Shown here: one piece after another, positions 10,077 to 19,478 of the stretch
Layout: each line of letters opens with the position of its first letter
Numbering within the stretch: position 1 is the stretch's first letter
Assembly: GCA_963823335.1 (NCBI GenBank)
Contig: CAWGLD010000004.1
Coordinates: forward strand, 480,001-544,000
From: an uncultured delta proteobacterium
Lineage (GTDB): Bacteria > Desulfobacterota > Desulfobacteria > Desulfobacterales > B30-G6
Direction: 5' to 3'
DNA: 64,000 nucleotides
Translations under genes and position numbers: made by a program
The notes under the pieces: model-generated
Told to the model about the DNA's origin: nothing
What the model saw: the letters and a program-made list of their open reading frames with translations, nothing else
The model's database searches: none

Positions 10077-11441
10077 TTGAAAATCATCATCGTCGGGGCT
10101 GGTGAAGTTGGATTTCACATTGCCGGTCGTCTTGCCCTGGAAAATAAAGATGTGGTGCTTATCGACAACGATATGGACTCGATTCGCCGCGTCACCGACC
10201 ACATCGATGTCCAGACCATCCATGGGTCCGGAAGCAGTCCCGCCGTTCTGGATGAAGCTGGTATTCGCGGCGCGGAAATATTGCTGGCCGTCACGGACAG
10301 TGATGAAACAAACCTTGTGGCCTGCCTTGCGGCCCATATCATTTCACCAAACACCAAGAAACTGGCCCGACTTCGCGATGCCGCATACGACTCTTATCAT
10401 CAGATATTCCGGGATAATCCCCCGCATATCGATACCATTATCAACCCGGAGATAGAGGTCGTCAACACCATCCACAGGCTCCTCAGTGTTCCAGGTGCCG
10501 TGGATGTGTACGATTTTGAAAATGGCCGTATCAAATTCGTCGGTGTTACTATGAATGCAAGCTCACGCATGGCCGGAGCGGCACTTTCCGATCTTCCCGG
10601 TATCTTTGGAGATTCCCGACCCCTTATCGCCGCCATCGTTCGCAATGAAGAACTCATTGTTCCCGACGGGAAGGATCGCTTGATGCCCGACGATCTGGTC
10701 TATTTTATCTGTAAACAAGATATTCTCTCCGATACACTCCAGATGTTCGACAAACACGATGCGCCTCTCAACCGGGTTCTCATTGTCGGCGGCGGTAGAA
10801 TTGGTTACCGCCTGGCAGCCCTGCTCGAAAAAAAATCGATCTACACCAAAATTATCGAACGAGGCAACGAGCGATGTGATGCCCTCGCCAAAACCCTGAA
10901 CAAGACCGTGGTTCTGTGCGGTGATGGTTCGGATCAGGAACTCCTCAAAGAAGAAAATATCCAGGACATGGATGCCCTGGTGGCCGTAACAGACAATGAA
11001 GAGACCAACATTCTTGTTTCCCTTCTCGGCAAACGAATGGGGGTGCGAAATTCGATTACCAAGATCAGCCGTTTCAGTTATTTTCCCCTGCTGTCCACCA
11101 TCGGTCTCGATCAGGTGGTCAGCACGCGCCGCTCTGCCATCAGCAGCATTCTGCAGCACATCCGCAAAGGAAAAATCCTGTCCGCCATGACACTGAAGGG
11201 TGAGCAGGCGGAAGTGCTCGAAGCCGTGGCTTTGGAGACATCGGGTATCGTCGGCAAGCCCATCAAGAAGGTTGCATTCCCCAAAGGTGCCCTGCTCGTC
11301 AGTGTCGTCCGCAAGGAAGACATCATTATTCCTACGGGCGACACCGTGGTTGAGCCAGGGGACAAGGTCATTCTTTTCGCCAAGAGACAGGCCGTTCCAA
11401 AGATTGAAAAAATCCTCACCGTCAAACTGGAATTTTTCTAA
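10077..11441 (+). CDS. trkA: Trk potassium transporter NAD-binding subunit
   Basis: Two RCK-N GxGxxG motifs (GAGEVG, GGGRIG), 454 aa. Confidence 0.95.
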   Translation: MKIIIVGAGEVGFHIAGRLALENKDVVLIDNDMDSIRRVTDHIDVQTIHGSGSSPAVLDEAGIRGAEILLAVTDSDETNLVACLAAHIISPNTKKLARLRDAAYDSYHQIFRDNPPHIDTIINPEIEVVNTIHRLLSVPGAVDVYDFENGRIKFVGVTMNASSRMAGAALSDLPGIFGDSRPLIAAIVRNEELIVPDGKDRLMPDDLVYFICKQDILSDTLQMFDKHDAPLNRVLIVGGGRIGYRLAALLEKKSIYTKIIERGNERCDALAKTLNKTVVLCGDGSDQELLKEENIQDMDALVAVTDNEETNILVSLLGKRMGVRNSITKISRFSYFPLLSTIGLDQVVSTRRSAISSILQHIRKGKILSAMTLKGEQAEVLEAVALETSGIVGKPIKKVAFPKGALLVSVVRKEDIIIPTGDTVVEPGDKVILFAKRQAVPKIEKILTVKLEFF

Positions 11442-12889
11442 TGCGCTGGCGCCTCATACTCTATGTGGTGGGACTGCTGACCCTCTTTTTCGGTCTGACC
11501 ATGGCGGCGCCGCTAGCGGTAAGTCTCTATTTCAGGGATGGCAGTGGGTTCCCCATGCTGATTTCACTGGCCATCACGATTCTGTTCGGCGTATCCCTAA
11601 CCCTCGGCTTCCGGGGTGTCCAAATCGCCGACATTCGCCAGCGAGAAGGTATGGCCATCGTCTTTTTCGGCTGGACAGCCATGGGCCTTTTCGGCGCCCT
11701 GCCGTTTTTCTTGGCCGGTGAAGGGGTTTCTTTTACGGATGCCTTCTTCGAGTCGATCTCCGGGTTTACAACCACCGGGGCATCCATATTCACCAACATC
11801 GAGCGGCATGCCGAGGGCTTTCTGTTCTGGCGAAGCTTTATCCAGTGGCTCGGTGGAATGGGGATCATCGTGTTGTCCCTGGCCGTACTCCCCTTTCTAA
11901 AGGTCGGCGGCATGCAGCTTTACAAGGCAGAGGTCCCCACTCCGGTCCCAGACAAACTCAAACCCCGCATCCAGGAAACCGCCGTTACCCTGTGGAAAGT
12001 GTATATCCTGTTTACCTTTCTTCAGATTCTTTTGCTGATGGCCGGCGGCATGAATCTCTATGAAGCGGTCTGCCACACCTTTACCACCATGCCCACCGGC
12101 GGGTTCTCCACCAAAAACGCATCCATTGCCCACTACAACAGTGCTTATTTCGACACTGTTTTTATCCTGTTCATGCTGATGGCCGGAATCAATTTTTCTC
12201 TGCATTATCAGATGCTGAAAGGAAAACCTCTGGCAATCTGGCGCGATGCTGAGGGACGTTTCTTCCTCTTTCTTTCACTGCTGCTGGTGCTGCTGGTCAG
12301 CTGGAACATCTATGGAGAAGTCTACCACACTCTGGGGGATGCCATCCGTTATGGAGCCTTTCAGGTGGTGTCGATTCTGACAACCACAGGATTTGCCACG
12401 GCGGATTATGAGACATGGCCGGCCATGTCCCAGATAATACTGTTTCTGTGCATGTTCATCGGAGCCTCGGCCGGGTCCACCGGCGGCGGCGTCAAATGCC
12501 TCAGAATCATGCTGCTGTTCAAGTACTGCGCCAGAGAGCTCTTTCTGCTGGTACACCCCAGGTCCATAACGCACATCAAAATCAATGGCAAACCTATTCC
12601 GGAAGAGATTGTCCGCAGTGTTATGGGGTTTCTGGCCCTCTATATCGGTCTCTTTGCCCTCTGCACCGTGATCCTATCCGGCCTCGGCGTCGATTTCATG
12701 ACATCACTGACAGCTGTCGCCTCCTGCATCGGCAATATCGGCCCGGGCTTCGGCATGGTGGGCCCTGTGGAAAATTATGCCGCCATCCCGGCCCTGGGCA
12801 AGTGGCTCCTCATCTGGTGCATGCTCCTGGGTCGACTTGAAATTTATACCGTTATCATTCTTTTTGCACCGGCGTTCTGGCGAAAATAA
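11441..12889 (+). CDS. trkH: Trk potassium uptake membrane protein
   Basis: ESISGFTTTGA, TGGFS, TTTGF, GSTGGG, GNIGPG, LLGRLE motifs. Confidence 0.95.
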   Translation: MRWRLILYVVGLLTLFFGLTMAAPLAVSLYFRDGSGFPMLISLAITILFGVSLTLGFRGVQIADIRQREGMAIVFFGWTAMGLFGALPFFLAGEGVSFTDAFFESISGFTTTGASIFTNIERHAEGFLFWRSFIQWLGGMGIIVLSLAVLPFLKVGGMQLYKAEVPTPVPDKLKPRIQETAVTLWKVYILFTFLQILLLMAGGMNLYEAVCHTFTTMPTGGFSTKNASIAHYNSAYFDTVFILFMLMAGINFSLHYQMLKGKPLAIWRDAEGRFFLFLSLLLVLLVSWNIYGEVYHTLGDAIRYGAFQVVSILTTTGFATADYETWPAMSQIILFLCMFIGASAGSTGGGVKCLRIMLLFKYCARELFLLVHPRSITHIKINGKPIPEEIVRSVMGFLALYIGLFALCTVILSGLGVDFMTSLTAVASCIGNIGPGFGMVGPVENYAAIPALGKWLLIWCMLLGRLEIYTVIILFAPAFWRK

Positions 12890-12955
12890 TCGAACAAGCT
12901 GACAATTTTTTATTGACACCTGTGGAAATTACCGTTAAATGGTGTTGTTTTACAC

Positions 12956-13031
12956 GGGCCGTTAACTCAGTCGGTAGAGTATCTGCCTTTTAAGCAGAGA
13001 GTCGCGCGTTCGAGCCGCGCACGGCCCACCA
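12956..13031 (+). tRNA. tRNA-Lys(TTT)
   Basis: Cloverleaf GGGCCGT...ACGGCCC-A-CCA, anticodon loop CTTTTAA, GTTCGAG T-loop. Confidence 0.97.
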
Positions 13032-13051
13032 ACACAATAGCAAACCATCAC

Positions 13052-13129
13052 GACCCCATCGTCTAGCCTGGTCCAGGACACCGGCCTTTCACGCCGGCAA
13101 CGGGGGTTCAAATCCCCCTGGGGTCGCCA
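13052..13129 (+). tRNA. tRNA-Glu(TTC)
   Basis: GACCCCA...TGGGGTC-G-CCA, anticodon arm CCGGC-CTTTCAC-GCCGG. Confidence 0.97.
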
Positions 13130-13636
13130 CCCAATTAAAACAGGGACTTAGAAGAAATTCTGAGCCCCTGTTATTTTTTGTGTTTATCCAATACCCAACA
13201 ACAAATCCCTATATCAGGCCATTTGTTGTGTTTCCCGGCGAAATATATAAATACAAACCCGAAACCTGTTTCTGTTCATAATCTTGTGGCATCAACCATT
13301 AATCCTGATTTGCTTTAAAGAGTTCGATACTTTGCTGTTTTTGAATTTAGGGACTGGGATTCTTGATTGACCATCATCTATCACATCTTTTTCCGTCTGA
13401 CCAAATGCGATATAACCCCCAAATATTTGAAAATACTCACTTAATTTATTGATAGCATTTTCAATGTTTCTTGTTTCAGATAACCAAATTTGGGTATTAA
13501 GGTTAAGAATTCAGATAAATACATTAAGTTTGAAATCTACATCCACAGTTATGACAAATGTATGTTGGCTTTACAAGCAAGAGGAGGAGGCCGATGGGAA
13601 AAAGCATAATCATTAATCCTATGAGCCAACACCCCC

Positions 13637-14383
13637 TTACACCGAATGCTTGTCCACCACATCTGGGGCAAGAAATCCAATTAAGCGACGAGTATAACGT
13701 CTAAGTTTGCGACCATCTTGGGTGCGCCGTTTCTTTCTTCCTTTGCGATGTGGCGAGATCATTTCAATGCCACGTTCTTCGCTAAGCGTCTGATCAAGTT
13801 TGTCACTATCGTAAGCTTTATCCCCGATAATTTTATCAGGGGCATATTTGGTAAAACCACTGTCAATAGTGGCCTCGACCAGTTTCACCTCATGGGGCGA
13901 AGCGCTTTCAATGTGAGCGGCGATAGGAAGACCAGAAGCGTCTGCGATGGCCATGATCTTGGTGCCTTTGCCGCGTTTCGTCTTGCCGACAGCAAGACCC
14001 CTTTTTTTGCCGGCGCGAAGCTGCCGTCTATGAACGCCTCACGAATGTCAATTTTACCGCGTTCATATAGGTCTTCTGCCAGCTCTTGGACAACCCGTTG
14101 GAAAATTCCTTGTCGCACCCATTGCTGGAACCGCCTATGGCATGTCTGGTATGGCGGATACCGTGGGGGCAGATCTTTCCAAGGTGCGCCGGTTCGAAGA
14201 ATCCACATTATTCCATTCAATACTTCCCGTGGATCCCTTGGATGGCGGCCTCTCGGGTCTTTTATAGGGGTTAAGGATGAAATCACAGGCTCTATCCGGT
14301 CCCATTGTTCGTTTGTGAGTTCCATCCTAATTCTATTACATATTCAGTCCCTTATGTCTAGATTTATTTTGAGATAGCTTGTA
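13637..14383 (-). pseudogene. IS5-family transposase in two frames joined by a -1 frameshift, 3'-truncated; one terminal IR at 14365-14383
   Basis: MELTNEQW...ILRTGAPWKDLP...YQTCHRRFQQW, FIDGS, then [18 protein letters not shown]7G4 slippery site 13998-14008; the RWxVER segment with the catalytic Glu is missing. Confidence 0.9.
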
Positions 14384-14856
14384 AGTAAATCTTGACTTTG
14401 ATTCTGATAAATGTTTCGTTTTTTCATAGGTGAAACTCCTTTTGTTTTGTAGCTGCTTCATTGCAGACTACGCATCAATTATGCCACAGGCCAAAACCTG
14501 ATGGCTCATTAAACAGGGGAGTTTCACCTTTATTATTTTGGAATTGGATAATTACGGGGGAATTTAAGGCTTGAAAACCCCTATCGATAGAGTTGTGGAG
14601 ACTCCGCGAGCTACACCCTAGCCGGACACTACTGACCAAGTCTGGTACAAAGAACACAAGATATTTAGGCTATCAAGTGATTAAAAAGTTGAGGGCTCAA
14701 CAGAAGAATCTTGCAGATTAATATTTTTGCTATTCAAGGTATAATTGCCCAATTTCGTTTGAGATTCGGGGATTATAATGGAAACTTGTTTTTCAACACC
14801 TCAAATAAACGGCTTGGAATCACTCCGGGCCTTTTCCTTTTTTAAAATGACGGATA

Positions 14857-15276
14857 TCAGCAGGCTGCCTCGCTTTGTTGCGATGTAAAGTCTTCGTCGA
14901 ACATGAAAGCAGGCATATTTCTTCCAACTTGAATATCAAACTGTGTCGCCAATGCTACCGGTTTTTTACGCCGATCCTCCTCAATGAGATCTACGATTTG
15001 ATGTCTTTGAAAAGTTTTCAGTGTTCGAGACAAATTGCTCTTATTTCTTCCGGATATTCTGGATAACTCATCTATCGATGCTGGTTTTTCTTTTTCTATA
15101 AGTTTTAATAGTTCGATATTTCTTGTGCTCAAAACCTGCATACAAGTCTCTACAGACTCAAACCAAATCATGGGGGCATTTTTTTGAGGTTTATATTTCC
15201 CACAGGCTATTGCCTTTGTATATTTTTGAAATACTTTAAATGGCATTATACCAACCTTGACAATCTTCGTTCTCAT
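14857..15276 (-). CDS. Winged-HTH protein (HVO_A0114-like), putative antitoxin
   Basis: WFESVE..QVLSTRNIELLKLI..KPASIDELSRISGRNKSNLSRTLK; directly after the DUF6516-like gene. Confidence 0.75.
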   Translation of the reverse strand: MRTKIVKVGIMPFKVFQKYTKAIACGKYKPQKNAPMIWFESVETCMQVLSTRNIELLKLIEKEKPASIDELSRISGRNKSNLSRTLKTFQRHQIVDLIEEDRRKKPVALATQFDIQVGRNMPAFMFDEDFTSQQSEAAC

Positions 15277-15299
15277 TTTTGCCTCCCCTTCAGAACTTC

Positions 15300-15662
15300 C
15301 TATCCATATACTATCTCGTTCACAGCCTTCCAAAAATCGTCCAGAAGTTGGCTGGCTGATGAAAATAAATAGCGCTCAACTTTTTCTTGTTTGTGAACGT
15401 GGTCCCAAGTGATGATACGGCCAGTGTATTTTTTCGGTCGACGCCCTCTTTTTGGTATCGCATGTGCGTTATCGAAACCTAAAACCCGTGTGTTGTTTCG
15501 ATCATGCAACGTTAAAGAGTAGTTGATGCCGTGGGGACGGAATTTATCTTTGTCCACTTTACAAGCTTCAAGTTTAACCCAGTAACCGTTGTCGCACCAA
15601 AACGAACAGCCATTTAAGTCAAGTAAGGTTAGCAGCTCGGCATCTTCTGCTTCGTATTTCAT
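15300..15662 (-). CDS. DUF6516/TumE-like putative toxin
   Basis: RPHGINYSLTLH...RVLGFDNAH...DHVH...QLLDDFWKAV pattern. Confidence 0.75.
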   Translation of the reverse strand: MKYEAEDAELLTLLDLNGCSFWCDNGYWVKLEACKVDKDKFRPHGINYSLTLHDRNNTRVLGFDNAHAIPKRGRRPKKYTGRIITWDHVHKQEKVERYLFSSASQLLDDFWKAVNEIVYG

Positions 15663-15674
15663 TTGTATGCCCTT

Positions 15675-15703
15675 AAGTTATCAACGGATCACAACCTTGT
15701 CAA
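15675..15703 (-). promoter_or_regulatory. TA promoter with operator-like palindrome
   Basis: Minus strand TTGACA-17-TAACTT; imperfect IR GTTGTGA-N5-TGATAAC in the spacer, overlapping the -10. Confidence 0.55.
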
Positions 15704-15926
15704 CCAAAATATAATATATTTTTAAATAGTAAAGGTTATATTAATAATTTCATAAGCATTTTTTAAACTAACTTCAGTAAAAAAACAAGCATTTTTACAG
15801 TTTAGAATAGCGGACACTTCCCGGACACTGATTGCCATGCTTTTAATGTACTTTCATGACTCTCATGCATTTCGTTAATTAAAATATATCAATATATTAG
15901 ATATTTACAGGGGAGGCGCGGAGGGT

Positions 15927-16013
15927 CTTTCACGCCGGCAACGGGGGTTCAAATCCCCCTGGGGTCGCCACCCAATTAAAACAGGGACTTAGAAGAAATT
16001 CTGAGCCCCTGTT
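15927..16013 (+). repeat. attR-like duplicate of the tRNA-Glu 3' half plus downstream hairpin
   Basis: Identical to 13086-13172. Confidence 0.92.
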
Positions 16014-16165
16014 TTATTTTGGTATTTCTTAGGTCCCCCTATTAGTCCCCCCAAGCACAACAAGAATGAAGGTAACAATCCACACTCGTCACCACTTGAC
16101 CTTATCGGCCATATTTGACATCTTGTTCCACCCTACCCCGTTCGCTACATTCAAAAGGAGCATGA

Positions 16166-16450
16166 ATGACACTAACAAAAGCTGATCTTATCGAACATAT
16201 TCGATCCAACAATGACCTGACACAAAAGCAGAGCACCGACCTTGTTGAGACAACCATCAATATCATCAAGAACACACTTGCCTCTGGTGATGATGTCCTG
16301 ATCAGCGGCTTTGGTAAGCTCTGTGTGAAAGAAAAAGCGGAACGGAAAGGTAGGAACCCCGTTACTGGGGATGATCAGATGTTGCCGGCAAGACGCGTTG
16401 TTACATTCAAGTGCTCAGGTAAGCTACGGGAGAGTGTAAATAGCAAGTGA
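16166..16450 (+). CDS. ihfA: Integration host factor alpha-like (HU/IHF family)
   Basis: MTLTKADL, ISGFGKL, RKGRNPVTG, RRVVTFKCSGKLR. Confidence 0.9.
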   Translation: MTLTKADLIEHIRSNNDLTQKQSTDLVETTINIIKNTLASGDDVLISGFGKLCVKEKAERKGRNPVTGDDQMLPARRVVTFKCSGKLRESVNSK

Positions 16451-16470
16451 TCATCCTGACATATGAGTTT

Positions 16471-16670
16471 TAAGCCATGCCTCCATGCTCATTTGCACTG
16501 TAGTGTATTGATAAAGAACAACATAAAAACCCGAAATCCGTCTCCGGAAATCGGGTTTTCAGGTTTTGATGACGTTTCTGATGTCTAAAAACACAACTTT
16601 TCAAAAATATGGCCATCAACATGTCAAAGGATGTTATCACAGGTTTGCCTAACCTGTTGATGAGTTGGAG
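16471..16670. repeat. 200-bp dispersed repeat, copy 1
   Basis: About 90% identical by eye to 54385-54585 (1 indel). Confidence 0.9.
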
Positions 16671-16915
16671 GCAGTGCGCAACTCGCAAAAGTAGAAAAGC
16701 AGGGTCTAATTGGCCCTGCTTTCACAATAATAGTCGGTGTCTCGGTGTCCCACACTAAACCAGTACCGCCAATAACCTAAAGTGTAGTTTTTCCAATGCT
16801 TACGCTTGCCAAGATGAATATCCTGGTTAAATTGTAAGTGAAACTTTTAATTTTCGGATACGGGAATTGAAGCGGTTCCGCTCCCCGATGACATATCCCC
16901 CCAAAAGGAGAAGCC

Positions 16916-17818
16916 ATGGATCGAGTCGATATCCTCATCATCGGCCAGGGGCCGGCGGGCCTGTCCGCCGCCATCTATGCGGGCCGGGCCGGCATGCGAA
17001 CCCTGGTACTGGGTTGCGATCCCAAGGTGGCCGGTGACTACATCATCGATAACTATTTCGGGTTTCCCGAACCGATCACCGGAAAGGAACTCATCGCACG
17101 CGGTGTCAGCCAGGCCGAACGGTTCGGCGTGGGCATGCGCTGCGAACGTGTGTTGGGGATTCATGCCGAAGAAGAGGGTTATGTGGTGCGCACCGAGGCC
17201 GAAGAGATCGCAACGGCGGCCCTGATCCTGGCCACCGGGGTGTCCCGGGTGCGGCCCGGCATCGCAAATATCGCCGACTACGAGGGAAAAGGGGTTTCCT
17301 ATTGCGTGAGCTGTGACGGGTTTTTTCACCGAGACAAGACGGTGGCGGTGCTCGGCGAGGGGATATTTGCCGCCAACCAAGCTCTGGAACTGCTCCAGTA
17401 TACCCCCCATGTGACCATCTACACCCAGGGAAAAGCGTTGGAAATGACCCCAGCCTATACCGACATGCTCGACGAGGCGGGCATTGCCATCTACGAGAAC
17501 AAGATCGTCTCCCTGGAAGGAGAGGGCGAATTAATTGCTGCCGTTTTTTCCGACCAGAAGAAAGTGTCCATAGACGGTCTTTATATCGCCATGGGTCAGG
17601 CCAGTGCATCGGATTTCGCCTACAGCCTTGGCCTGGTGCGAAACGGCGATTTCATAGAAGTGGACGACCGACAGCAGACCAACCTGCCCGGCGTATTCGC
17701 CGCCGGCGACTGTGTGGGCCGGTTTCTACAGATCAGCGTGGCCGTGGGAGAAGGGGCCCTGGCCGCCCGGGCCGCCATTGGCCATGCCAAAAAGGTGCGC
17801 AAAGCCGAAACCAGCTAA
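16916..17818 (+). CDS. trxB: Thioredoxin reductase-like FAD/NAD(P) oxidoreductase
   Basis: GQGPAG, GKGVSYCVSCDG (CxxC), TNLPGVFAAGD. Confidence 0.85.
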   Translation: MDRVDILIIGQGPAGLSAAIYAGRAGMRTLVLGCDPKVAGDYIIDNYFGFPEPITGKELIARGVSQAERFGVGMRCERVLGIHAEEEGYVVRTEAEEIATAALILATGVSRVRPGIANIADYEGKGVSYCVSCDGFFHRDKTVAVLGEGIFAANQALELLQYTPHVTIYTQGKALEMTPAYTDMLDEAGIAIYENKIVSLEGEGELIAAVFSDQKKVSIDGLYIAMGQASASDFAYSLGLVRNGDFIEVDDRQQTNLPGVFAAGDCVGRFLQISVAVGEGALAARAAIGHAKKVRKAETS

Positions 17819-17963
17819 CCGGTTTCCCTTTCTTAAAAAACCGGTCTCAAGACCGGCGAAATCCATTATGATTTCATCGGGTATTGTTGATTGTTGCATA
17901 TGGTGCAAAAGTATCGCTTAGGATAATAACCTTGATAGTCTGGTTTATGGAAAAAAACTGATA

Positions 17964-18089
17964 TCACAGGTCCCCACCCTCAAAAAACAAAAGTTATGGG
18001 GTGGTGAATTTTGGAGCGACGGCAAATATATCGGCACTGTTGGAGAAGCTACATCCGAGAAAGTAATAAGAAGATACATTCAAAATCAG
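17964..18089 (+). pseudogene. C-terminal remnant of an IS200/IS605 TnpA (Y1) transposase
   Basis: Manual translation KLWGGEFWSDGKYIGTVGEATSEKVIRRYIQNQ, containing the YIxNQ motif. Confidence 0.75.
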
Positions 18090-18326
18090 AGTCTCGATAA
18101 AACAGAAACCATGCTTTTCACCAAAGGTAAGAGCTGGAACACAGGTACCTGCCAACAGCAAAATAACCTGCAGATGCAGCTTTCCATTTTCAACGGGTCA
18201 CATTGGTATCTATTGAAGGATAGGGCTGTGGGGAACTGATATCTGTTTTCTTTAATGAAGGAACTTGATGTCGAGGATAAGCTATCTTCAAAGAAATCAA
18301 GTCGACCTGACCGGGAGAATATATGG

Positions 18327-19478
18327 ATGACTAATCCGGCCAAACGAACCGGCATCGTTCATCACCCTCGCTATACGGACCATTGTGTAGGCCCTGGTCA
18401 TCCCGAATGCCCCGGGCGTTTGGCGGTGCTCTATACTATGTTGGAGGAACCCGGTATGCGGGGATATTTTAAGGACATCACCCCGAGAAATGCAGAAAAA
18501 GAAGAGCTTCTCCAGGTCCATTCTCAAAAATATGTTCGGAGCTTGGAGGCCACACAAGGCATAGCATGCACCTATCTGGATGCTGACACCCAGGCTTCGC
18601 CCCATTCCTATGAAGCATCGCTGTTGGCTGCCGGCGGCCTTTGCCGGGCCATCGAGCAAGTCCATAAAGGAGAACTGGACAACGCCTTTGCTATGGTCCG
18701 GCCCCCCGGACACCATGCCGAAAAATCAAAAGCCAAAGGATTTTGCCTTTACAACAATGTGGCAGTGGGCGTGCGCTATGCCCAGACACGCCTTGGCCTC
18801 AACCGCATCATGGTGGCGGACTGGGATCTTCATTTTGGAAACGGTACCCAGCACTGCTTTGAAGAGGACCCGTCGGTACTTTTTTTTTCAACCCATCAGG
18901 TATTCACCTTTCCCGGAGGCGGAAAATTTCGCGAGATTGGAAAGGGCGACGGCAAAGGGTTTTCCGTCAATATTCCCTTGCGTCCCGGATGCGGAGACGG
19001 GGAATACATTACCCTCTTTGAAAAAATTTTAAAACCTGTTGCCCTTGAGTTCGACCCCGAACTGATTCTGGTCAGCGCCGGTTTCGATCCCCATTTCAAC
19101 GACCCACTCGGGGGCATGCGGGTAACGCCTGAGGGGTTTGCTGGAATGACCCGCTCGATCCTGGATATTGCCGACCGCTGCTGTGGAGGCAAGGTGGTTA
19201 TGACTCTTGAAGGAGGATATGGCCTGGAGGGGCTCCGAGATTCCGTCCGGGCGGTTCTTAGAGAGTTGGCCGGACTGCAGCGAACAGATACTGCCGCGAT
19301 CATGGCTACAGCAGATCAGATAAAACTCAAATACGTGCTCTGGCGGGTAAGGCGAGTCCTTGGCGGGCACTGGAAAAGTCTTCAGACGTCCCCAGACGAC
19401 GACGCGAACCTGAGGCTTTCCCTTTCAGAGCGGTTGGGTGAAACCGTGGCACGCGTTCTGGATTATCTTAAAAGTTGA
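18327..19478 (+). CDS. Histone deacetylase-family (Zn-dependent) amidohydrolase; ORF can extend to 18255
   Basis: HPECPGRL, RPPGHHA, GFCLYNN, DWDLHFGNGTQ, SAGFD, LEGGY. Confidence 0.93.
   Translation: MTNPAKRTGIVHHPRYTDHCVGPGHPECPGRLAVLYTMLEEPGMRGYFKDITPRNAEKEELLQVHSQKYVRSLEATQGIACTYLDADTQASPHSYEASLLAAGGLCRAIEQVHKGELDNAFAMVRPPGHHAEKSKAKGFCLYNNVAVGVRYAQTRLGLNRIMVADWDLHFGNGTQHCFEEDPSVLFFSTHQVFTFPGGGKFREIGKGDGKGFSVNIPLRPGCGDGEYITLFEKILKPVALEFDPELILVSAGFDPHFNDPLGGMRVTPEGFAGMTRSILDIADRCCGGKVVMTLEGGYGLEGLRDSVRAVLRELAGLQRTDTAAIMATADQIKLKYVLWRVRRVLGGHWKSLQTSPDDDANLRLSLSERLGETVARVLDYLKS

Larger units (their letters stand above)
13086..16013. mobile_element. Small genomic islet integrated at tRNA-Glu (attL 13086-13172, attR 15927-16013)
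   Basis: Identical 87-bp direct repeat starting in the anticodon loop; AT-rich interior; no integrase visible. Confidence 0.9.

Noticed and set aside
13290-13510. Open minus-strand frame (ILNLNTQIWLSETRNIEN...) in the islet
   Set aside because: No convincing start and no recognisable motif; probably a gene fragment
15927-15970. Second tRNA-Glu gene
   Set aside because: Only the 3' half is present; it is an att duplicate
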